Of a stretch of 64,000 bases of DNA, positions 52,415-63,100 are shown piece by piece. A program made the position numbers and the translations under genes. The number at the start of each line of letters is the position of its first letter. Within the stretch, counting starts at the first letter, position 1. The stretch is from Meyerozyma guilliermondii (taxonomy: Eukaryota): positions 1,240,001 to 1,304,000 of the forward strand of contig CP128815.1 of the NCBI GenBank assembly GCA_051546255.1, written 5' to 3'. The notes beneath the pieces were generated by a model that was given only the letters and a program-made list of their open reading frames with translations, made no database searches and had not been told where the DNA came from.

Positions 52415-54031
52415 TCACATGTTCAATGACACTTTGATGGTGAAAACCACTAAAAACGGCAATGTGATGAATAAAATCAGGTACTGTGCTATGAGGCATA
52501 CCGCCAAACAATCCATTTGTAGGTGGTCGTCCAGGTGAGGATCTGTGTAGAATGCAGTGAAATATACTAAAGCTGTAGCGCTGGGCAAGCCATATTCGAG
52601 TACACTGACGAATCTAATAAGTTTATCGTCGCCGTACCAGCCGCCTTTGTAGAACCCGGTGGTCAAACCCACTCCAATTATGGGAAGAATTATTAATCTT
52701 GCTGCAGTGACACTTACCGCTGTTTTCCAAAACCCTGGTGGCATTTTTTTCACCTCAAGACGATAAATAGTAGCACCAAGTAAAAGAAGTCCTAGAGGAA
52801 CCGATGCAGCACCAATATAGCTGGCGATGTCGATGAAAAATGAAAGGGGTGGTTGATGGTCTGGGGCATCTTTCATGGAAAATGCAGATTTGACAAATAA
52901 TGCTTTTAATGGAGGTGACATGGCAATCGCAATCGATACGATCAATGACACCGAGTTTGGGGCCAAGAAGTTGCGTAAGAACTGAATAACTTGTTTTCGT
53001 ATAGTTTTCTTCTTCCCCTCGTCGTCTTCGACGGGTTCCGCAGCCACATCGGTAGTCACCGACACAGTTCGACGGAGCTCATTGCTTCGCAATCCCTCGT
53101 ACTCTGAGTACTCGTTGATCACATCCGTCATGCCCTGAGACGGTAAGTGCCGCAACTCGGTGGCCCGTGACATCGACGAGATCAGGTCGAGCTTTGTCAT
53201 GGCGGCACCTGAACTGCCTCTAGATCTGCGGCGTGGGGCTCTTGATCTACTGGAGCTAGACGACGCTTTGGAGTAGATATAAACTGGAGCCAGATTCTGG
53301 CTAGTTGTAGGTGGTTGAAGATCGTCATCGCCATCTTCTTCGGATTGAATTGAACTGAGGGAAGAAGAATTCAGAGACAGTTGATCTTCTTTGCTTTGGG
53401 TGGAAGCATGATCGGACGGTTCGTTCTCAAGAGCATTTTCACTGCGGTTACCTATAGGAGGAGAGGGAGTAGTTGGTACCTTCACCTCGTCATCTTCGTC
53501 CTTGGGACGTAATTCTTCCCTGAAATCCCAGCTTATGAGACGATAAAGACCAAAGCAAAATTGATACAACACTTGAGATGCTAAGAAAATGATAACGTAG
53601 GCGACTCCCTTGTCCACCTCGCTAGGGGTAAAGATAGTTCCTGTCTTTCCCATGGTTTGTAGATATGCAATAGGTAAATCAGAAATGTTGGGGAAGAGTC
53701 CCACAGATAGCAACCCTCCAAGCCATCTCTTTGGCAGCTTAGTTAAGAATCCAATTGATGCTGCTAATGATACACCTATTGCAAAGAGCAAGGTTCCTGA
53801 GAAGAAGATTATGCCCAAGTTTTTGATATCCGATGACTTTAGGTTGGTCACCACGTTATTGAAGATCAAACATGGCATAATAGCGGTGACGATTGCGTCA
53901 CTGATATCACGACATGTACTGACAGAAAGAATATTTCTGCGGGCAAGGAAACATCCCAACCCTATGATAGCGTATATTTTGAATATGGGCTTCACTGCCG
54001 CATATAGGACCGTTCCAAAAGGAATAGACAT
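52415..54031 (-). CDS. ECM3: Auxin-efflux-carrier (PILS/Mem_trans) family transporter, Ecm3-like
   Basis: 'AVKPIFKIY', 'MPCLIFN', 'FPNISDLPIAYLQ', 'GAASVPLGLLLLG', 'LPSATALVYFT', 'QMDCL'. Confidence 0.8.
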   Translation of the reverse strand: MSIPFGTVLYAAVKPIFKIYAIIGLGCFLARRNILSVSTCRDISDAIVTAIMPCLIFNNVVTNLKSSDIKNLGIIFFSGTLLFAIGVSLAASIGFLTKLPKRWLGGLLSVGLFPNISDLPIAYLQTMGKTGTIFTPSEVDKGVAYVIIFLASQVLYQFCFGLYRLISWDFREELRPKDEDDEVKVPTTPSPPIGNRSENALENEPSDHASTQSKEDQLSLNSSSLSSIQSEEDGDDDLQPPTTSQNLAPVYIYSKASSSSSRSRAPRRRSRGSSGAAMTKLDLISSMSRATELRHLPSQGMTDVINEYSEYEGLRSNELRRTVSVTTDVAAEPVEDDEGKKKTIRKQVIQFLRNFLAPNSVSLIVSIAIAMSPPLKALFVKSAFSMKDAPDHQPPLSFFIDIASYIGAASVPLGLLLLGATIYRLEVKKMPPGFWKTAVSVTAARLIILPIIGVGLTTGFYKGGWYGDDKLIRFVSVLEYGLPSATALVYFTAFYTDPHLDDHLQMDCLAVCLIAQYLILFITLPFLVVFTIKVSLNM

Positions 54032-54517
54032 GGCGAAAATTAATGTTGGCGAACCATTAACGTAAAAGGCTGAATTTTCGGGATCGCGGAGATGATTTTT
54101 GACGCATCGATATATGCAGGTGCCGGCATTCTATTAAGCGCCGGTGCTTATGGACTAGTACGGTATCAAATGGCGATGGGTGTAATTACGAAGCTTTGCA
54201 CAGGTACGGAGTACGGCGGGTTATCTGAGAATTCATAATTTTTGAAAAATTTGACAATTTTGCAAATCACACTTCGCAGCCACTGGAACCTGCACTTTGA
54301 AGAGCAACGAACAGGGGAATTGATAAGACTGATCATACTTTGATAAACTATAGATGGTCTCTATGGACCCACAGTCGATTGCTTGCGATTGCTTACAAGT
54401 TGGAAATAATTAGTTTATTTAATATGGGTATCAATTGTTCGCCTGGCGGTACCTATTAGCCTCCGGCGTTAAGAAAGAATAGAACGGAATGAAAGTCATG
54501 AACGTAAAAAAATGCAC

Positions 54518-54946
54518 CTAGGTTTCAATGGGGTCAATCCCACTGGACATGGCCACTATATGGACCCTCTCGTCAACATTGTGGATGATTTTCAGATTTG
54601 TGGATGGAGTTGCTATTTCGATCTCATCAAGGAGTGCAACTATATCGTCAATTTCACTGAGATCTAACCCGAACTCATCCAATTCTACCGGATCTTTTGT
54701 GGGCACATCGGAGAAAATCGAGTCATTGAAGGACCCAGGACTGTTGTTCCACGAATGGCTCGAAGACATGGCGTCCTCAAACGAGCCGTTTGTAGAAGGA
54801 CTGCTATAAATGGGAGAAGCAGCGGCGGCCTTTTTGAGTCTAGCAGGCGACCTTTCAGGTATAACCGGGCTCGATAAAGCAGATGTTTCGGATTCAGTGG
54901 CATCCGAGTAGACTATATAGTCTTGGAGAACCGATTCCAACTCCAT
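54518..54946 (-). CDS. Small uncharacterised Ser/acidic, probably disordered protein (142 aa)
   Basis: ATG at 54946 in an A-rich context; occupies an otherwise empty 1.4-kb interval; 'PVIPERSPARLKK' motif. Confidence 0.55.
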   Translation of the reverse strand: MELESVLQDYIVYSDATESETSALSSPVIPERSPARLKKAAAASPIYSSPSTNGSFEDAMSSSHSWNNSPGSFNDSIFSDVPTKDPVELDEFGLDLSEIDDIVALLDEIEIATPSTNLKIIHNVDERVHIVAMSSGIDPIET

Positions 54947-55493
54947 AATATTTCGTATCAATTTCAAAACTTTTGTCAAACAGCAATTTTTCGCAGCAAT
55001 CCTATAATTAGAAGCCTTTATACACACTGCCTCTGTAAATCAAAATGAATATTGTTCCTAAGGAATGAACTTGTAGGAGTATAAATAGTACCAAAGGACT
55101 TAAAAAGGGCAGAATAGACCTTTAATATAGTAGACGCGTGGACACCAGCCATCACGTATACTTCCCCTGATACGCATCTTCCTGCACGTCATAATGCATA
55201 TCGCTGGTTCTTTACTTAAATAGGAAATGTAAGTGGGCTCATGCAGCCCAACGGCATGGAACGTTTAAGCGTGGGAAGCCTGAAGAAATTAAGGGGTACA
55301 ATTCAAAGAGGAGTGTCGTTCCTCTCTACCAGGCTCAGCAGAGCTTTTACTCGATGAGGAGATTATAGTAAATGAGTATTCGTACTTTATCTTGGCTGAG
55401 ATCTACTGTCCCACGCACGCCTATTGTTTCAATTATGTAAGTCGCTTGCCCAAAATCTATTCTACACAATGTATCGTATTGTTGGATACTAGT

Positions 55494-57041
55494 TCATTCT
55501 TCTTTGACTTTCTTCTTTGGTGGTTCATCATCGTCGTCAGCTCCAGAATCGGACGCCGACGCTTCAGAATCGAATTCTTCGGCCACATCACTCTCACTTT
55601 GAGCATCGAAGTCTCCATCTTCACTCTCGGAATCTGCACTGCCCATGTCTACATCTTCATCGGCTTCATTGATGGCCTTGGCTATCATGGCCTTGGCAAT
55701 TTTCTCCTCATTTTGAACCTTTAATCCCTTCAGCGTACAATAGTTTTCAATTGTCTCTTGTTCCTCCTTTTCTATATTAGCAAACACATGCGATCCACTT
55801 CCCTTGAGGGTAACTTCAAGATCGAAGGTACGTGATGTAACACCCCCAGTTCCAGTTCTTGACATTGAAACGGACAGAACCTCTGAAAATGGAATGTAGA
55901 TCGTTGGTTTTGTGACAAAGAGGAAACACCGCTCAAGAGGGTACAAGTAACCCTCTGATGCTTTGAGCGAACATGATACACCTGGTTGAGCAAAGCGAGA
56001 CTGGAACGAGCCGGGAACTATAACACGACGCTCACTCAATCCTTTGAAACAGTGTGACATCACCAAATAAGTCTGGGCATCGTATGATCTTTTGAGCCTT
56101 TCTTTATACTTTTCATAGTCTTCATCCGAGACGTTCAATTCGACTTCAATTTCCTCCTCCTTGGCAAACTGCATCACAAGGAATGGATATCTGGTTTGAC
56201 CTTGCCTCAATGGAGGATCTATTTGTAACACCATCAACTGGTGAGTATCATCAGGTTTAGGAAGCGAGAAGATCCGCTCGATCTGTTTGTACTGGATCTT
56301 GTAGTCATATGTCTTTCCTCTCAAACGCAACGAGCCAGGGTACATGTCGATATCATAACGACCACGAGGTGTCAAGAAGAGCACGTCAGAGAAAGATACA
56401 ATCGCTTCACCTGCCACTTGGCCAATATTGGCCCTGTCTTTAAGTTGTTCGTAGAACACTGATGCCTGGGTTTCTGTAGACACAGCTGTTTCGGCTTCGT
56501 CTTTTTCGTCCTTCTTTTCCTCGTTCTCGACCATGCCAGGAATGTAAAACCGCATTTCCACCAACTCGTCACCAGCCTTACCAGAATCCAAATTCATCTC
56601 AACCGCCACTTCATTTTTTCCGGTAAGATTCGCATTGCTGATATCGGCGTATGGAAGCTCAAACGCTGGCTTGTTGTTGACTTGGAACACCAATTCGTTT
56701 CTTGCAAAGTCGGATTTTCCCCAATTCCACCCACGTAAAGAGTGTTCACGGTGCTCTAAATTAAGCAGAAAATTGCGCTGCATCTCCTGTTTCAATTGAG
56801 CATAGTCTTCCACGGCAAATCCATCCAACAGGATGACTCCCTTGTTCTTAGTTTGCACTCTGAGCTCATAGCCTCGACATCCTCTCGACCAAATCGTCGA
56901 AAGCATCTCTTCAGTAGGCAAGAGAAATGGCTCTTTTGCTTCTCCAGACGCCTTCCATCCAAGACCCAGATCGGCGACACGCATCCGGCCACTCTGCTTG
57001 GACTGGTTAAGATAGATCTTTTCAAAGTCAATGTTAACCAT
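55494..57041 (-). CDS. POB3: FACT complex subunit Pob3
   Basis: 'RVAD(S)GLGWK', 'HSLRGWNWG', 'FLTPRGRYDIDMY', 'LRGKTYDYKIQY', 'DPPLRQGQTRYP', acidic tail plus 'PPKKKVK'. Start at 57041. Confidence 0.96.
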   Translation of the reverse strand: MVNIDFEKIYLNQSKQSGRMRVADLGLGWKASGEAKEPFLLPTEEMLSTIWSRGCRGYELRVQTKNKGVILLDGFAVEDYAQLKQEMQRNFLLNLEHREHSLRGWNWGKSDFARNELVFQVNNKPAFELPYADISNANLTGKNEVAVEMNLDSGKAGDELVEMRFYIPGMVENEEKKDEKDEAETAVSTETQASVFYEQLKDRANIGQVAGEAIVSFSDVLFLTPRGRYDIDMYPGSLRLRGKTYDYKIQYKQIERIFSLPKPDDTHQLMVLQIDPPLRQGQTRYPFLVMQFAKEEEIEVELNVSDEDYEKYKERLKRSYDAQTYLVMSHCFKGLSERRVIVPGSFQSRFAQPGVSCSLKASEGYLYPLERCFLFVTKPTIYIPFSEVLSVSMSRTGTGGVTSRTFDLEVTLKGSGSHVFANIEKEEQETIENYCTLKGLKVQNEEKIAKAMIAKAINEADEDVDMGSADSESEDGDFDAQSESDVAEEFDSEASASDSGADDDDEPPKKKVKEE

Positions 57042-57052
57042 GGTGGTGTACA

Positions 57053-57145
57053 ACGCGTTCGCTTCTTGCGCTGCAAAAATGCGAAATGAGAGTGGGACTC
57101 GCTGACATAAGCAAACGGGCCGTTGGTCGCACATTCAGTGAGTCA
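57053..57145. promoter_or_regulatory. POB3/HOM2 bidirectional promoter with MCB and Gcn4 sites
   Basis: ACGCGT 57053-57058; TGAGTCA 57139-57145. Confidence 0.55.
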
Positions 57146-57171
57146 GATGGAAAATACGAAGAACATTCATC

Positions 57172-58260
57172 ATGAAAAAAGCCGGAGTTTTAGGAGCGAC
57201 AGGTTCGGTGGGCCAAAGATTCATTTTACTTTTGGCTGACCATCCTGATTTCGAAATTGCAGCTTTGGGAGCTTCTTCAAGGTCTGCGGGCAAAAAATAC
57301 CTGGAAGCGGTGTCATGGAAACAGACCGATTTGATGCCAGAAAATGCCAAATCGATAGTTGTGACCGAGTGTAAGGCAGAGAACTTTGCCCACTGTGACG
57401 TTGTTTTTTCTGGACTCGATTCGGACTACGCTGGTGCCATCGAGAAGGAGTTTGTTGAAGCTGGTTTGGCAGTGATCTCCAATGCCAAGAACTACAGACG
57501 GGAACCAGATGTTCCACTTATAGTGCCTATCGTCAACCCTGAGCATTTATCTGTGGTGGAGAACAAGGTCAAGAAGGCCAGAGAAGCAGGAGAGAAGAAA
57601 GCCGGTCTTCTTGTGTGTATCTCCAACTGTTCTACCGCTGGATTGGTAGCTCCATTAAAGCCCTTGGTGGAGAAATATGGTCCAATTGACTTGTTGACTG
57701 CTACCACATTGCAAGCAATTTCTGGTGCTGGATTCTCGCCCGGTGTATCTGGAATTGATGTGTTGGACAATATCGTGCCATACATCTCTGGAGAGGAGGA
57801 CAAGATGGAGTGGGAAACCAAGAAGATTTTGGGAAACATTAATGACAAGGGAGACACATTTGTGCCTTTGTCTGCAGACAAAATGAAGGTCAGCGCCCAA
57901 TGTAACAGAGTGGCTGTTTCTGATGGACACACCGAATGCATTTCTCTTCGTTTCGCACAGAGACCACCTCCAAGTGTCGAAGAAGTCAAGAAGACATTAT
58001 CAGAATATGTGTGTGACGCCAGGAAATTGGGATGCTACTCAGCTCCCAAACAGACTATCCATGTCCTCGAGGAGCCAGATCGCCCACAACCAAGATTGGA
58101 CAGGAACAGAGATGCTGGTTATGGTGTCACCGTAGGCCGTGTGAGAGAAGACCCTGTGCTCGACTTTAAAATGGTGGTGTTGTCACATAACACTGTCATT
58201 GGAGCTGCTGGAGCAGGTATCTTGATTGCTGAGATCTTGAAGGCCAAAAATGTTATCTAA
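57172..58260 (+). CDS. HOM2: Aspartate-semialdehyde dehydrogenase
   Basis: 'GVLGATGSVGQRF', 'SNCSTAG', 'QAISGAG', 'CNRVAVSDGH', 'SHNTVIGAAG'. Confidence 0.97.
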   Translation: MKKAGVLGATGSVGQRFILLLADHPDFEIAALGASSRSAGKKYLEAVSWKQTDLMPENAKSIVVTECKAENFAHCDVVFSGLDSDYAGAIEKEFVEAGLAVISNAKNYRREPDVPLIVPIVNPEHLSVVENKVKKAREAGEKKAGLLVCISNCSTAGLVAPLKPLVEKYGPIDLLTATTLQAISGAGFSPGVSGIDVLDNIVPYISGEEDKMEWETKKILGNINDKGDTFVPLSADKMKVSAQCNRVAVSDGHTECISLRFAQRPPPSVEEVKKTLSEYVCDARKLGCYSAPKQTIHVLEEPDRPQPRLDRNRDAGYGVTVGRVREDPVLDFKMVVLSHNTVIGAAGAGILIAEILKAKNVI

Positions 58261-58314
58261 ATTATAGACATAATAAATCTTGTATTCAGTCTCAAATCTC
58301 ATCTCATCGCTTTC

Positions 58315-59151
58315 ATGCTCCAAGATGTTCTCGAGAAAGTCACTTCAGAGAACATCGACGACCATTTGTTTGACCTCTATACCACAAGAGCACCTTCTGA
58401 AGAACACCATCTAGGCTATGTGGATCGAAGTAGTGACAATATTACCGTTACTCTAGAGAAGACTGGCATCGACTTGATTATCAAACAGTCACTTTCAGCA
58501 TTTAACTCGCTGAAACAACCATCCTCGACCGGCTACGTATGTTGGCAGACCTCAATTTACTTGGCAGATTGGCTTTTAGGCGACCCCAAGTGTCCATTGA
58601 AGTTTTTGCTAGACAAAAAACCTACTATTTTGGAGCTTGGAGCTGGGTCTTCAGGCATCTTGGCGTCGGTTCTAGGGCCATTATCTTCTACATATATTGC
58701 TACTGACCACCAAAAACACCTCTGTCGGCTTCTGAGGCTCAATACTGAGGAGAATGTTCAGGGTAAGGTTACATTTCTAGACGTAGACACACCAGCACTA
58801 GTACCAAATTTTGGAGGTTCAACACCAAGTATCCGGTTTATGGAGTACGACTGGGAAGGTAGAAACGCCTTGCTGGTGCTCAATCCAGTCTTAAATACAT
58901 TTCCACACCTAATCTTGGCAAGCGATACCATCTATAACGAGTACCTAATCCCTTATTTTGTTCATTCAGTTGCTGAAATATTGGGACCATATACTGTTGC
59001 CGTAGTGGGTGTGCAATTGCGAGACGAGTCTATCATCGAGATGTTATTGGAGTGTTTTCTTGACTCTAATTTGTGTGTATATTCGGTGCCCACCTCGCTC
59101 TTGAGTGAAAAGCTCCAACGTGGATTTGCAATATACTGTATCACTCAATGA
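58315..59151 (+). CDS. RKM5: Seven-beta-strand protein-lysine N-methyltransferase, Rkm5-like
   Basis: 'LGYVDR', 'IKQSLS...STGYVCWQTS', motif I 'ILELGAGSSG', 'ILASDTIYNEYLI'; PAC CTCATCGC at 58303-58310. Confidence 0.75.
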   Translation: MLQDVLEKVTSENIDDHLFDLYTTRAPSEEHHLGYVDRSSDNITVTLEKTGIDLIIKQSLSAFNSLKQPSSTGYVCWQTSIYLADWLLGDPKCPLKFLLDKKPTILELGAGSSGILASVLGPLSSTYIATDHQKHLCRLLRLNTEENVQGKVTFLDVDTPALVPNFGGSTPSIRFMEYDWEGRNALLVLNPVLNTFPHLILASDTIYNEYLIPYFVHSVAEILGPYTVAVVGVQLRDESIIEMLLECFLDSNLCVYSVPTSLLSEKLQRGFAIYCITQ

Positions 59152-59374
59152 ATTCATGATATTACGACTTAATAGATGCCATTATCCCAAAGAAATAACA
59201 AAGAAACAACCACCCCCAATTGACTTCTACGCAATGCAGAAATGTTCGGCTCTATCCTCTCTCACTTCTCACTTTATCGGTGCGCGCTGAAAATTTAGTG
59301 ATTGCAACTACGACTATCATTTCAAGCACTGGTGGTGTATATGAAGGTGACATATTGAGCCCATATTCCAGTCG

Positions 59375-62300
59375 ATGTCGGTTCCTGGACCTAATAGTGG
59401 CCCAGATAAGAGACTGAATGGCTCCGATCGGCGCCAGAAACGCAAACCTGGTGCCAGAGCTGGAACGACCAACAACAACCTACCCGCCAACAACACCACA
59501 TTTAGCCAACACAAGCCTCAAACAAACACTAGTAGTGCCAATGGCGATACGAACCGAAGACCAGATCGAAGGCGAAATCGTGACGATAAACGAAATACGA
59601 ATGGTGGTCAACATAAGCCAGTGAGAGGCACCGATGGGTTTTCCCCGTCAGAAATAGCAGAAACCGGGCCCATTGTCGCAGACCCGACCTCCCTTGGGTA
59701 TAAGAAACAGACAAGGACCCCTCGACCGAAACCCAAATATCTACTTCCCCAGCAAAAAGTGCTTAGTGCACCACCATTTGTTCAAGACAAATGGGACGAA
59801 GACAACCAGCAAAAGATGCTCGAGATGGAGCTGAAGAGCAATGGACAAGATTACCAAGGACTATACGAAGAACTTCAGGCAATGCGTGAAGTAGAAAGAA
59901 AGCATATGGAACTTGCTGGACTCGTCGATGCAGAAAACACAAGAAAAGACTTGAACGATGCCATTTCTTTCCGAGGCACATGTCAAGATATGTGCCCAGT
60001 TTTCGAGAGAGTGAGACGTGCTCTCGAAAACAATGTTCAATCATTGGAACGTGATCCTGTCACCAATAAAATATCGCGGTCTCGAGCCGTGAAGGCATTT
60101 TCAAGACCTGCCGCTGGACAACCACCTCCACTTCCGTCCGAAGTCAGACCTCCTCAGGTTCTTAAGAGCACATTAGACTATTTGGTCGATGAAATTCTTC
60201 CCCAATTGCCTGCTGCCCATCCATTTATATGGGATAGAACCCGGTCGATCAGACAGGACTTCACATACCAGAACTATTTTGGCCCCGAAGCGATTGATTG
60301 TAACGAAAAAATTGTTCGTATACACCTTGTTTCGCTTCATATCATGGCTGGAAGCGACATGGAATATTCTCAACAACAGGAATTGGAACAATTCAACAAG
60401 GCTCTTCAGACCCTCATGGAAATATATCAAGATGTGAGGAACCAAGGAGGTAAAGCCCCCAACGAAGCCGAATTTCGTGCTTATTATCTATTGAGTCATA
60501 TTCGTGACCCGGAACTCGACCGTGAGCTTCAAAGATTGCCCCAAGAATTGATGAAGGACTCTCAGATACAGTTGGCTTTGATGTTTCGAAATATAATTTC
60601 TCAGTCCAACATCGTTGAGAGAGGCTATAAAAATTCTGTGGGAGCCTTGAATCTATATAGAGAGTTTTTCCGGTTGGTTTACAACCCTCAGGTCCCATAT
60701 TTGATGTCTTGCTTGCTTGAAACCCATTTCAACACCATACGGTTCTATGCCTTAAAGGCGATTTCAAGAGCTTTTCATTCGAAAGGTAAACCATGTTCGG
60801 TTAATCTGTTGTCCGAAATGCTCGGGTTTCACTCATTCGAAACCCTTGAAAAGTTTGTCCAGCACTTTGACATCGATGTCAAGGAAGTAGATGGAGAAAG
60901 GGTGTTGGATTTGTTTAATCGTGAAAAGTTGGAACTGACATACAAATTGAATTCTATTCATGATAAAGCAAAACAGCCACAAGCTTATTCACCACAGCTC
61001 AATAGCAAGTTATCAGGAGAGCTCAAAGACGTGATAAATCTGGGTAAGCCAAATGTCTCTTTGAACTTGAAGAACAGTGCCCAGCAGATAATCGTTAAGT
61101 CGACCATACCTCCACCGTCAGCTCAACCTATTCCTTCTTTAGCTGAGCCAGAGCCAAAGGCAGGTTCATTGGCAGACTTTTTGAGTAAGGGTGGGACCAA
61201 TGTCGACCTTAACAAATCTGCATTTTCATTCGGCAGTAACACCAACACTGATACTAAGAGTGAAGTGAAAAAGTCATTTCAGTTTGGTACAAGTACAACT
61301 ACAGAGAAGAAGGTGGTAGAGACTCCATTGTCCAACTCCAACAAAGCAGCCGAAAACAAGCCAGAAGTTGTTCCTCCAAAACCTACAGAGACCGTCTTTA
61401 AACCACTCCAGGAACTGAAACTCAACTTTGGTTTTGGTCTGGGCTCTTCTCAAACAAACTTGACCCCAACACTCCCGACACCATCAGAGAAAAAGCCCGA
61501 ATCAACATCTGGAAATATAACCCAACGGGTGTCACCATCTAAACTCATTGAACACAAACTGTTTGCTGAAGCTTCCAGACAGATTACCGATGTGCTCATT
61601 CAAAAATGCATCGAAAGTGAATTACTTTCATCTTTGCCAGCATTCGTCAACCGCGAGCGTCACAATCGAGCACGAGAGCAAATAGTGTCTTCTTTATCCA
61701 AAGAACTTTTCGATGCTTTTCTATCGGAGGTCATATACCAAAGGATTCTTGCCAGTAAAGCGGACGAGTACTATCACAAAATATTGAAGAAAAAGATGCT
61801 GCGCAAGATTGTTAACAGGGTGCATCAGATATCTCAAGAGTTTCAGAGAAAGCGGAGTCGGTTACATGAACTCAACCAGTCAAACTTCCACAAACCCATC
61901 AGAAAAAGGACTTCTGCGAACTCTAGTTTGCAATCAATTTCCTCATCATTTGTCAAAAGACGTACTATGGAATCAGATCGTACCGTGGAAAACATTGGCG
62001 AGAGACGTGAGGTGATAAAAGAACTTTGGCAACCCATAAACTGGTCAGAATTTGCTAGACAGTGCTCCTCTAAATTGCGGCTGCATACGGGCCCGGTTTC
62101 GTTGAAATTTCTCATAGTAGTCAAAGACTGGATGTCACCATACTCTAAATGGCTCAATACCAAGTTGGAATTGAGCCTCAATAGAGAAAAGTTGGTCTAC
62201 GAGAAGGAGGTGAAAGCGAAAAGGTTCAACTTGGAGGTGACAAGTCTACCTGGAAATGACTACTTGACAAAGACGTTTTTCCTGAATGCATCATTTATCT

Positions 62301-63013
62301 TGTTTGAATGTGGTTTGGTTACGTCGAACCAACTTGACCTGTACGGAATGGATATACTTCAAAAACTTGAGGCTGATGCAAGGACACTCACCAAGATTAT
62401 TCAATTGGTCGACAAGCATGCTTACTACAAAACACAACTATTGATCTTGTTTTGGGATGCTGGAGAAAATGGAATTACTATCGATAAAGTTGAAACAATA
62501 TTGCAACTTTCAAAATGGAAGCAGCTTACCAACATATCCAACATTGTCCTTTGTGACATGACAGCTACCGACGTTGATGTCAATGCTGCGTTGATACGTG
62601 GGTTTGACACTATGGCTCAATCTTTTGATGGCAGTCTCACTAGTAGAGGTATACGCAAGACAGCACAAGCAAACAATAATCGAAGTGTTAATTTAAGTGC
62701 CATCAATGATACATTTAAGGAGCAAGAACAGAGCCTTATACAAACGGCTCATGAAGCGAGAAAGTACGATTATTTGTCCAATCACCTTAAAAAAACCAAT
62801 ACCGAGCCGGTGTCCGCATCGGTCCACTCGAGCATTGCACAAGATCAAACCACATTTATGAATATGTCTCGCTTGACAGGGTTTGGTCAAGGCGTGATGG
62901 AGGAGAGTACACCTATAGCTACTCCAGGCAAAACATTCACCAAGCCCAATGGAAGGAGCTTGCAACAATTACGAGATTTAACAGCGTCAGTTCGCAACAA
63001 GTACAAACATTAA
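59375..63013 (+). CDS. SAC3: TREX-2 mRNA export scaffold Sac3
   Basis: 'AISFRGTCQDMCPVFER', 'AVKAFSRPAAG..P.PSEVRPP', 'FIWDRTRSIRQDFTYQN', 'NEAEFRAY'; near HOM2 as in S. cerevisiae. Confidence 0.93.
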   Translation: MSVPGPNSGPDKRLNGSDRRQKRKPGARAGTTNNNLPANNTTFSQHKPQTNTSSANGDTNRRPDRRRNRDDKRNTNGGQHKPVRGTDGFSPSEIAETGPIVADPTSLGYKKQTRTPRPKPKYLLPQQKVLSAPPFVQDKWDEDNQQKMLEMELKSNGQDYQGLYEELQAMREVERKHMELAGLVDAENTRKDLNDAISFRGTCQDMCPVFERVRRALENNVQSLERDPVTNKISRSRAVKAFSRPAAGQPPPLPSEVRPPQVLKSTLDYLVDEILPQLPAAHPFIWDRTRSIRQDFTYQNYFGPEAIDCNEKIVRIHLVSLHIMAGSDMEYSQQQELEQFNKALQTLMEIYQDVRNQGGKAPNEAEFRAYYLLSHIRDPELDRELQRLPQELMKDSQIQLALMFRNIISQSNIVERGYKNSVGALNLYREFFRLVYNPQVPYLMSCLLETHFNTIRFYALKAISRAFHSKGKPCSVNLLSEMLGFHSFETLEKFVQHFDIDVKEVDGERVLDLFNREKLELTYKLNSIHDKAKQPQAYSPQLNSKLSGELKDVINLGKPNVSLNLKNSAQQIIVKSTIPPPSAQPIPSLAEPEPKAGSLADFLSKGGTNVDLNKSAFSFGSNTNTDTKSEVKKSFQFGTSTTTEKKVVETPLSNSNKAAENKPEVVPPKPTETVFKPLQELKLNFGFGLGSSQTNLTPTLPTPSEKKPESTSGNITQRVSPSKLIEHKLFAEASRQITDVLIQKCIESELLSSLPAFVNRERHNRAREQIVSSLSKELFDAFLSEVIYQRILASKADEYYHKILKKKMLRKIVNRVHQISQEFQRKRSRLHELNQSNFHKPIRKRTSANSSLQSISSSFVKRRTMESDRTVENIGERREVIKELWQPINWSEFARQCSSKLRLHTGPVSLKFLIVVKDWMSPYSKWLNTKLELSLNREKLVYEKEVKAKRFNLEVTSLPGNDYLTKTFFLNASFILFECGLVTSNQLDLYGMDILQKLEADARTLTKIIQLVDKHAYYKTQLLILFWDAGENGITIDKVETILQLSKWKQLTNISNIVLCDMTATDVDVNAALIRGFDTMAQSFDGSLTSRGIRKTAQANNNRSVNLSAINDTFKEQEQSLIQTAHEARKYDYLSNHLKKTNTEPVSASVHSSIAQDQTTFMNMSRLTGFGQGVMEESTPIATPGKTFTKPNGRSLQQLRDLTASVRNKYKH

Positions 63014-63100
63014 ATTAGCATCTACGTTTCAATATCATGCATCATTATATTAATTTATCTATAAATATCCTAAACCGTTAACCCATATCATCATTGAACA

